In this document: piece after piece, positions 58,201 through 64,000 of the stretch
How positions within the stretch are numbered: the first letter of the stretch is position 1
Layout of the letters: every line of letters begins with the position of its first letter
Assembly (NCBI GenBank): GCA_029939595.1
Contig: JAOZSQ010000001.1
Location: forward strand, 347,669-411,668
Direction: 5' to 3'
DNA length: 64,000 nt
From: Thermoplasmatota archaeon
GTDB lineage: Archaea; Thermoplasmatota; E2; DHVEG-1
The notes under the pieces: model-generated
What the model was told of the DNA's origin: nothing
Database searches by the model: none
What the model saw: the letters and a program-made list of their open reading frames with translations, nothing else
Program-made: the position numbers and the translations under genes

Positions 58201-59303
58201 CTGTTTATACTCAAGGAAATAAATTACTACATTATAATCCATTGAATTGTTCTTACTCGTATTTGTTGGATGAGAATAACGTGAAAAAGAATGAATTGGC
58301 TCTAGGATTAGAAACAAGAGCACCAGTTGTTCATACTCATCCATATTTAACCCCTGAACCCTTCATTGATCGTCCAGAATTAAAAGAAGATTTATACAAA
58401 AATTGGGAAATAATAAACGAATCCATGACACATTATATATGGGAATTCGCAAATCTAGGTGCCGGTGTTATATTAGCTGGAACTGACAATGGGTGTCTCC
58501 GAAGTGTTGATTATGGTTTAACCTGGAGCTACATCCAAAATTCAAGTGAAACTACCGCATTAGCGAATTGTGGTAACGGAATCGTGTTGGGTTGTTTAGC
58601 AAATCAAATTAAGAGAAGTACAGACTATGGTGCTACATGGTCATCGCTTACACCGAATATATATAGTAATTTTCGTGCGATAGAATATTGTGGAAATGGC
58701 GTGTTGGTTGCGGGTAAATCGTCTAATAGTGCTAATTCATGTTTTATAAGAAGTACCGATTTTGGAAAGACGTGGGCACAGGTTTCAGGACCATCTGGAT
58801 CAACAGGTAGATCAATATGGGCTATTAATTATATAGGTAATAATATTATTGTTGCCGAATTGAATGATGCTATATGGAAAAGTGTAGATAAAGGAGTTAA
58901 TTGGGTGAACCAAGTTTCTACATATGGATTTGGAGTATTACATTCACTATATTTAGGTAACGGAATAATACTTCAAGGTGGTAGAATTGGTGATAGAGCA
59001 ACAATAAAAAAATCAATCAATAAGGGTGATGCATGGGATCAGGCTTTTATTGCCCCTGCGGGTAGTGGTTTTGTAATGGTTCGTGGAATGGTGTTTGATA
59101 GACAACATGGAATAGTTCTTTGTTCACCACAAACAGGTGGAGGTGATGAAGAATTAAGTTTGTTGAAAAGTGATGATTTGGGTCAAGCATGGAGTGATGT
59201 GTTTTTTGCTCCGGCTGGAACAAAATTTTCTGAATTAGTTTATTTAAGCGAAGGAAAAATACTATTAGGAAGTGATAAAGGACTTTATTCTAGTATAATA
59301 TAA
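55254..59303 (+). CDS. Long tail-fibre protein with an N-terminal coiled-coil and a C-terminal BNR/Asp-box beta-propeller
   Basis: 1349 aa. At least six S.D.G.(T/N/A)W repeats in the last ~300 aa (RSVDYGLTW, RSTDYGATW, RSTDFGKTW, KSVDKGVNW, KSINKGDAW, KSDDLGQAW). Confidence 0.55.
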   Translation: MINQHKIIKSNDISDLGEIVATTEEVADLTGKVTTLENDVNTIKTEGAGGSELAALAEKVTNLETGGAIAGKSISYKYIIGSAEEKATGKADCLINNLKPTPTAVPKALTLKQVPYIGDYSSVAFFKGTYFITTGSLTIPGKVILTNSVYATNTKEYVLGNGYVTLDEINGKLFASLLTTTSFSLYLYKEDTDEFVKVFDKTGFTIGQEQMQIFLFSKIVYHLGKYIYLWPIITDKNIITSADGETWTENTFILDAANPERWSILAYDTLGDYLVYSGVFGAMVSKDLVNWQVIDDASYYLSVCEFEGTIYIFAGFADSYKSTNGVDWVKFKREDVTPGYPRKYGSAYIVPLLDFQNGKIEFAFGTTPFNAQLCNITPTFEESLGGDANSHVMISSVVRPLDNKFYFPTMGKGFFLLSNENLVNELGVGDLEFKEKDTALIKDGTHVLSGSFIIPDGTVVRSHSPSAVIDNSMFSIGITGGHSDVDIYCTNIDNIGADFENQISSRIFINGAERYSVGRTQKDSYKTERELHESEEMTPFVIKTKTEYERWTNIGNPLSQNITSSFINRSQDMMYVFSHISGEYAYCGKDCNFTKVTFPHALTGTRNMVGLEIGSSKNINVFFNVDKDIYRSENGGAWAKVGTTTNSIAKLGAIDSVTGGRFLAYCEINDKLLDDNGLEFDFPVDVNTKSGEKYNFVGVGDWWFFYFDCKLWRSHYANTWEEVQVTDENGKNPIMFDVFLKNNLNFYDWEDIDNVLAVPNTSYLIAQTNSGKNVVLRNEEGHVVFIQYYRGNLVGLSYCAELYQISRNSIWYTNPSVMFSDGRILKLDINVDGSWFTSWPLLTGMPITLTGDDYNGGLYHLARGIFMRVCSSGIHKYDWSSEVEFTNEDLERKRLVSNLVDMPAIPETTLYFKGRADNNPTYFFCSENVHYIFNMESSNNIFIYIHGKNNRLTLNKEHTNDVAENPCEYVINETRDGNYQSNTVYTQGNKLLHYNPLNCSYSYLLDENNVKKNELALGLETRAPVVHTHPYLTPEPFIDRPELKEDLYKNWEIINESMTHYIWEFANLGAGVILAGTDNGCLRSVDYGLTWSYIQNSSETTALANCGNGIVLGCLANQIKRSTDYGATWSSLTPNIYSNFRAIEYCGNGVLVAGKSSNSANSCFIRSTDFGKTWAQVSGPSGSTGRSIWAINYIGNNIIVAELNDAIWKSVDKGVNWVNQVSTYGFGVLHSLYLGNGIILQGGRIGDRATIKKSINKGDAWDQAFIAPAGSGFVMVRGMVFDRQHGIVLCSPQTGGGDEELSLLKSDDLGQAWSDVFFAPAGTKFSELVYLSEGKILLGSDKGLYSSII

Positions 59304-59329
59304 ATGTCAATTTAATTTAAGAGGATATT

Positions 59330-60781
59330 ATGGCAGATAAATACAATGTTATCAAAGCATCTGACATGGGTGCAGGAGGGGGCGGTGGTTCTCCAATAAA
59401 AACCATTGCTTTAAATTCAAGCATGATAGAACAGGCTGAATTAACAATAAATGAATTAAAAGTATTAAGAATTAAAACCGGTGATGGCATCACATATGAT
59501 AAAGATGAATCTAGTGATACTCTTACATTGGGTCTTGGAAGTGGATTCAAAACCATTAATACCTCACACGGCGATACATTAGTAGCCATCGCAGAAGATG
59601 AGTATACTTTAGAAGGTGGAACCGGTATTAGAGTAACTGGATATCCAACAGGGTCCGATACACTTCCAGGCAAGAAATCAATCAGAATTGAAGCGATTTC
59701 TGGAACCACAGAAGAAACTAAATCCACAACTGATGTACCAGCAGGATTGATTCTTCTATCTCCAACTACCTTAACCAGTGCGGATGAAGGAACAAAAGTG
59801 TTTGGTTCAGCTAAATTTTCAACTGAAACCAGTTTTGCCAATGTGTTTGGTTCAGAAGGTATGTGGCAATTGAAAAAACCAACCAATCCCGATCTGAACG
59901 GATGGGTTGCATTGAAGATGGATAGCATTTCAACTATTCATAGATACGCTTTTACAGCCAGTATGGATGGAGCCAATGGCCGACCTTCTAGTTGGGTTAT
60001 GGAAGTTTCAATGGATTCGTCAAATGGATCTGATGGTATTTGGGAAATGATAGACCAAGTAACAGAAGATGTGACAATTGGCGCAGGAAGAAGTGTCAAT
60101 GTAGAAATCAAAAATATGAAGGCTTGCCTTTGGGTAAGATTTAGAATCACCGGTATTGATGATCCAGGTAGTATGGATGATGTGGCAATTCAGATGTTGT
60201 CTATTTGGGGTAAAGAAGAGGCTAAACAAGTTCAATTGATATCTCCAACCAACGCACAGTTATCTGATGGTGGTGTAAGTATTTTTGCTTCAGCACAAGA
60301 ATCTGAAAGTAATTCTTATATTAATCCTTTTAGCTCTCAAGGAAGTGGTCAATGGTTGATAGGAGAGAATATATCATCAGGTTGGGTTGCTCTAAAATTA
60401 AGTCAAGTAGTCAAGCTTCATAGATACGAAATTGCATCTGCTGCTACTCCATATGGTTCTCCGACAGCTTGGGTTGTTGAAGTTTCCAGTGATACAAACG
60501 ATGGAACTGATGGAACTTGGAAATTATTGGATAGTGTGTCTGATGCTGATATTCAAGGAAAATCATTAACAAGATATATTCCGAACACAAGTCTTGAATC
60601 AGGGACATGGTTGAGATTGAGAATAACATCAGGTAATTTGATTGCTGGTTATGTAACTGTTTCTAATCTTTCATATTATGGAATTGATGAGGGCGCACCA
60701 TTTACTGATAGTCCTGCTTCAGTTGAACAAGAAATTGCCAAACTAAAATTAGATATCCTTCAACTTAAAAGTAAACACTAA
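59330..60781 (+). CDS. Fibre-associated protein with two discoidin (F5/8 type C)-like carbohydrate-binding domains
   Basis: 483 aa. Poly-Gly N-terminus. Two repeats of the W(V)ALK....LHRY.......P..WV.EVS.D...G.DG.W pattern, each preceded by an LLSPT-type linker. Confidence 0.5.
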   Translation: MADKYNVIKASDMGAGGGGGSPIKTIALNSSMIEQAELTINELKVLRIKTGDGITYDKDESSDTLTLGLGSGFKTINTSHGDTLVAIAEDEYTLEGGTGIRVTGYPTGSDTLPGKKSIRIEAISGTTEETKSTTDVPAGLILLSPTTLTSADEGTKVFGSAKFSTETSFANVFGSEGMWQLKKPTNPDLNGWVALKMDSISTIHRYAFTASMDGANGRPSSWVMEVSMDSSNGSDGIWEMIDQVTEDVTIGAGRSVNVEIKNMKACLWVRFRITGIDDPGSMDDVAIQMLSIWGKEEAKQVQLISPTNAQLSDGGVSIFASAQESESNSYINPFSSQGSGQWLIGENISSGWVALKLSQVVKLHRYEIASAATPYGSPTAWVVEVSSDTNDGTDGTWKLLDSVSDADIQGKSLTRYIPNTSLESGTWLRLRITSGNLIAGYVTVSNLSYYGIDEGAPFTDSPASVEQEIAKLKLDILQLKSKH

Positions 60782-60790
60782 GGATAATTT

Positions 60791-61438
60791 ATGGATTTAA
60801 CACAAGAAAATATAAAGACCCAAGCCGGTTTGTTATTGGATAAAATATCTGCTAATATAGGTACGAATGAAAGCGAGAAGCTATATTATCAAACTCTCGC
60901 TCTTAAAGAATTGAATTTACTACAGAGTGGACAGGCGGGATTGCCAGGAGAAGGGTTGTTGAAACTTCTCAGTCCTGTACACGGAACAGCAAAATCAACC
61001 GATTCAACTATAAAAGGAAGTCAGTATACAACTCATCATCCTTCTTTGTTATGGAATGATAGCAATGAACACGGCTGGTATTGTAATGGGGTGGTTCCTA
61101 GATGGTGTGTATTGAAATTACAAAAGGTTTCAACACTTCACAGATATACTATCATCAACGGTCCTCACAATTCTGTAGGAAGACCTTCAGCATGGGAGAT
61201 ACAGGTATCACTGGATGAAAGTTATAGTGAATCAGGTATGAGTTGGCAATTATTAGATGAACAAACTGTTACTAATCCGGCTATACAAACTACTTATTCG
61301 TTTGATATCAAACCTGAAAAACTGAATCATACTTGTTGGTGGATAAAAATAATAATAAAAGCTTGGTATGATCCTAGTGGTGGAGGTAATGATGCTGCTT
61401 TGAGAAGTATTGAATATTGGGGTAAGGAGGTAGCATAA
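60791..61438 (+). CDS. Adhesin-array paralog 1 (conserved N-terminal module plus discoidin-like domain)
   Basis: MDLTQENIKTQAGLLLDKISANIGTNESEKLYYQTLALKEL ... LLSPVHG ... WCVLKLQKVSTLHRYTI. Confidence 0.5.
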   Translation: MDLTQENIKTQAGLLLDKISANIGTNESEKLYYQTLALKELNLLQSGQAGLPGEGLLKLLSPVHGTAKSTDSTIKGSQYTTHHPSLLWNDSNEHGWYCNGVVPRWCVLKLQKVSTLHRYTIINGPHNSVGRPSAWEIQVSLDESYSESGMSWQLLDEQTVTNPAIQTTYSFDIKPEKLNHTCWWIKIIIKAWYDPSGGGNDAALRSIEYWGKEVA

Positions 61439-62103
61439 TGGATTTAACAACAACAAATTTGAAAGCTGAATCGGGTAAACTGTTAGATAAAATAGATGCC
61501 AGTATTACAGCGAGTGAAAGTGAAAAATTATATTACCAAGTTTTGGCATTGAAAGAACTTGATATTATAAAGAGAAATCAAATGCAACTTCTAGCGGGAG
61601 GAAATTTAACATTACTCAGTCCCACTAACGCAACACCAGGAGATCCACGAATATTTCAAAACCAACAATATAATAATGATAATCAGTATCATGTAGCTAA
61701 TGCGTTTGGTTGGACAGGTGGAAGTCGTGTTCATCATAATAGTTCACATGGCGCAGACCCTTCTAATGCGAAATTGGGGGTACATTGGGGATATGGTAAA
61801 GGTGATAATGATTATTGTATGTTGAAAAAATATATTATTGGAACTTGGATAAGTGATCCACCTGGAAGTTGGTTTATTGATGTTTCTATGGATTCCACAA
61901 CAGGATTGGATGGAACTTGGATATTGGTTGATACTGCTAATGGCGTGAATCCAGGTAATTCGCAGATGGTTGAACGAGTTATAACTGAACCAGTTGCTTG
62001 TAAATGGATACGATTTAATTGTACTGGTACATCCACAGGAGGTTCAAGTTTGAGTATAGGTACATTTGCATTTCATGGTACTGAACATTTAGAGATAACA
62101 TAG
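61438..62103 (+). CDS. Adhesin-array paralog 2
   Basis: MDLTTTNLKAESGKLLDKIDASITASESEKLYYQVLALKEL ... LLSPTNA; ATGA overlap with paralog 1. Confidence 0.5.
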   Translation: MDLTTTNLKAESGKLLDKIDASITASESEKLYYQVLALKELDIIKRNQMQLLAGGNLTLLSPTNATPGDPRIFQNQQYNNDNQYHVANAFGWTGGSRVHHNSSHGADPSNAKLGVHWGYGKGDNDYCMLKKYIIGTWISDPPGSWFIDVSMDSTTGLDGTWILVDTANGVNPGNSQMVERVITEPVACKWIRFNCTGTSTGGSSLSIGTFAFHGTEHLEIT

Positions 62104-62110
62104 GAGTAAG

Positions 62111-62728
62111 ATGGATTTAACAACTGAAATCACACAAATTCGGACCGCTTTGACAAATTGTACGAAAGCAGAAGAATATTATTATTGGATGTTAGCTTTA
62201 AACGAAGCTAGAAAAGCTCATACAGAAGCAGTAGAGGGTGAACCTTATGAATTACTTTCACCAGTTAATGCTACTAATGCTACTACAGGTATAATAGGGT
62301 CTTCTACTAAAGATAATTGGAATAGTGATGGTGCTTGGATATTATTTTCTTCCAATGCTAATACTAGAGCAGTTATGAATAATGGTGGTTGGTGGGCACT
62401 AGATTTCCAAACTACAATGGGTTATAAAGCAATGATATATCGTTATACGATAACAACGAACTACAGTTATAGAGAACCTGATGATTGGGTTTTAGAAGTA
62501 TCAGACGATTTTGTGAATACCGAAACAGGAGAAGGTAATTGGTATGCTGTTGACCAAAGAGTAAATTCTCATATAGGTGCAGATTATAGTTCAAGATCGT
62601 TTGATGTTGTCACACCCAAAGCAGGAAGATGGGTTAGAATGAGAATACCAGGAGCAATCGTAAGGGAGTCAAGTAATGAAGCATGGACAGGTTTAAAAAG
62701 ATTAGCGTTTTATGGTAAGAGGATATAA
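62111..62728 (+). CDS. Adhesin-array paralog 3 (more divergent)
   Basis: MDLTTEITQIRTAL...EEYYYWMLALNEA ... LLSPVNA ... WWALDFQ...IYRYTI. Confidence 0.45.
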   Translation: MDLTTEITQIRTALTNCTKAEEYYYWMLALNEARKAHTEAVEGEPYELLSPVNATNATTGIIGSSTKDNWNSDGAWILFSSNANTRAVMNNGGWWALDFQTTMGYKAMIYRYTITTNYSYREPDDWVLEVSDDFVNTETGEGNWYAVDQRVNSHIGADYSSRSFDVVTPKAGRWVRMRIPGAIVRESSNEAWTGLKRLAFYGKRI

Positions 62729-62729
62729 A

Positions 62730-62879
62730 ATGGATTGGGAATTTAAAATAGAAGAAATAAAAAATCAAAAGGATTCTTGGTTTATGATTACAGCAAAAAA
62801 ACCAGGAATCGTTTTAATCAGATTCGTTAAAACGAAAGAAGAAATAGAAGAAGTTAAAAAGTCAATTGAATCGGAGTAA
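62730..62879 (+). CDS. Small hypothetical protein (shorter than the ORF-track cutoff)
   Basis: Translation MDWEFKIEEIKNQKDSWFMITAKKPGIVLIRFVKTKEEIEEVKKSIESE; RBS aagaggatataaaATG. Confidence 0.25.
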   Translation: MDWEFKIEEIKNQKDSWFMITAKKPGIVLIRFVKTKEEIEEVKKSIESE

Positions 62880-62882
62880 ATT

Positions 62883-63098
62883 ATGTATCAAACAAAAATA
62901 GAAGAGACGGTTGATCATGCCATCAATTTGATTATTCATAAAATAGAAGAAGATTATGGTATTGAGATAGAAGACACAGATAAGGAATTGTATTGCAGTG
63001 TTGGAAAGGGTGCAATAGAAAATTGGTATAGAGAACAAACTCAAGACGAGAGAGATGGCGACAGAAGCAAATTTAAAGAGAAATGGGATATAGATTAG
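62883..63098 (+). CDS. Small acidic hypothetical protein
   Basis: 71 aa. Confidence 0.25.
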   Translation: MYQTKIEETVDHAINLIIHKIEEDYGIEIEDTDKELYCSVGKGAIENWYREQTQDERDGDRSKFKEKWDID

Positions 63099-63105
63099 GA
63101 GCAAT

Positions 63106-63762
63106 ATGGATTTAACAATAGATAATTTAAAAGCACAATCAGGACTTTTACTTGATAAAATAAATGCTAATATAGGAACAAATGAGTCTGAAAAATTATA
63201 TTACCAGACTCTCGCTTTAGAAAAACTTCAACAAATACAAAGAAAAACACCAGCAATTCCTGGTGATGGAATTCTTAAATTATTGTCACCTACAGATGCA
63301 CAACCAAACGATATAAGAATATTTGGTAATCGTTTTGCTGATAATAATAATACTTATAAATATACGAATTGTTTTGGCTCTTATGGTGATGGAAGATGGT
63401 ATTTGAGAGTTTATACTGCTTGGGTTGCCCTTAGATTAGATAAACTCGCCACTCTTCATAAGTATTCTTTGGGAACACACGCAGTTAGTGAAGAAGGAAG
63501 ACCTAATGGGTGGTCCATTTTAATCTCACCTGATGGAGAGAATTGTTCAACGGATGGAGAAGATGGTGAATGGTTTACAATTGATACCGCACAATATCCT
63601 ACTGTTGATGCTGGTGTTACTATAGAAAGGGACATAGCACCAGAAAAATTAAATCATGTTACTCAATGGATAAAATTTAATATAACTTCTACATACGACC
63701 CAAGTTCATCTAACAGGAATTGTTCGGTATCATCATTGCAATATTTTGGAGTTGAAGTATGA
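63106..63762 (+). CDS. Adhesin-array paralog 4
   Basis: MDLTIDNLKAQSGLLLDKINANIGTNESEKLYYQTLALEKL ... LLSPTDA ... WVALRLDKLATLHKYSL. Confidence 0.5.
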   Translation: MDLTIDNLKAQSGLLLDKINANIGTNESEKLYYQTLALEKLQQIQRKTPAIPGDGILKLLSPTDAQPNDIRIFGNRFADNNNTYKYTNCFGSYGDGRWYLRVYTAWVALRLDKLATLHKYSLGTHAVSEEGRPNGWSILISPDGENCSTDGEDGEWFTIDTAQYPTVDAGVTIERDIAPEKLNHVTQWIKFNITSTYDPSSSNRNCSVSSLQYFGVEV

Positions 63763-63798
63763 ATGTACAATATTTAAGAACAGCAATTAAGGTATAAT

Positions 63799-64000
63799 AT
63801 GGATTTAAAAACACAAATAGAAAAGGTAATGGCAGAAATAGATGGTAATGTTTCTTTAGCGAATGGAGAAAAGTTATATTATCTGTCATTGACATTGAAT
63901 GAGTTAAGAAAAGCTCATTTACCTACATTGCCATCAGATGATAATTTACAATTACTAACACCTTCCAATGCTACTTCTGCAACTAATGGAATATGGCAAG
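63799..64000 (+). CDS. Adhesin-array paralog 5 (3' end beyond the window)
   Basis: MDLKTQIEKVMAEIDGNVSLANGEKLYYLSLTLNEL...LLTPSNA. Confidence 0.4.
   Translation, partial: MDLKTQIEKVMAEIDGNVSLANGEKLYYLSLTLNELRKAHLPTLPSDDNLQLLTPSNATSATNGIWQ

Noticed and set aside
1-64000. Genome-wide stop-codon reassignment (TAG or TGA recoding as in crAss-like or Lak phages), considered as an explanation for the in-frame TAG in the ARH gene and the in-frame TGA in the ABC_sub_bind gene
   Set aside because: TAG terminates many well-delimited genes here and is embedded in TAGGAG stop/RBS junctions. All large conserved genes (portal, capsid, kinases, fibres) are uninterrupted. The three interrupted genes use three different stop codons. 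Point nonsense mutations or sequencing errors are more parsimonious.
1-64000. CRISPR arrays, tRNA genes, integrase and attachment sites, and transposases
   Set aside because: No regularly spaced direct repeats with unique spacers, no recognisable tRNA cloverleaf candidates by eye, and no integrase, recombinase or transposase-like ORFs were seen. tRNA detection by eye is unreliable, so a tRNAscan run would be needed to be sure.

Overview
This AT-rich window reads as a segment of a large, distantly T4-like tailed-phage (myovirus-type) genome, not a bacterial chromosome. Genes are tightly packed with strong AGGAG Shine-Dalgarno sites, and three blocks are visible.

(1) 1-18.3 kb, plus strand: virion-structure genes and a T4-type head-morphogenesis module in T4 gene order (portal gp20-like, small acidic core protein, prohead protease gp21-like, coiled-coil scaffold gp22-like, gp23-like major capsid protein). 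It is followed by a long uninterrupted array of about 23 small, Lys-rich, often Gly/Ala- and Cys-containing proteins. Almost all carry an N-terminal 'MISRxx(I/L)xE'-type leader that matches the T4 prohead-protease (L/I)xE cleavage and capsid-targeting motif. This looks like a hyper-expanded set of packaged internal proteins.

(2) 18.3-48.9 kb, mostly minus strand: an accessory island. It holds an RnlA-type RNA ligase and a Pnk-like kinase. It holds a complete Preiss-Handler NAD+ salvage set: nicotinamidase (PncA), PncB, a fused NMN adenylyltransferase (NMNAT) and Nudix protein, and NadE. It holds a vWA / PP2C / Ser-Thr-kinase triad next to an ADP-ribosylglycohydrolase that is interrupted by an in-frame TAG. 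Also present are a PspA/Vipp1 homolog, an Hfq-like protein, an HD phosphohydrolase, a GHKL-ATPase-like 880-aa protein, two hybrid sensor histidine kinases plus a CheY-like receiver and membrane sensor proteins, a secreted lamin-tail-domain (LTD) / endonuclease-I nuclease, and SprT-like and zinc-ribbon proteins.

(3) 49-64 kb, plus strand: a tail-fibre and adhesin module. It contains a LamG-containing 1185-aa protein and duplicated T4 gp12-type collar-domain proteins flanking a secreted solute-binding-protein gene acquired from outside the phage (a moron). A third collar copy needs a -1 frameshift at TTTAAAA. There is also a 1349-aa fibre with a C-terminal BNR beta-propeller, and a tandem array of at least 6 paralogous discoidin-like adhesin genes sharing a conserved N-terminal module.

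T4-type late promoter motifs (TATAAATA) and a near-consensus sigma70 promoter were found. TAG is used as a genuine stop and is frequently embedded in TAGGAG stop/RBS overlaps, so stop-codon recoding is unlikely. All calls rest on reading the translations and motifs by eye; no database search was run.
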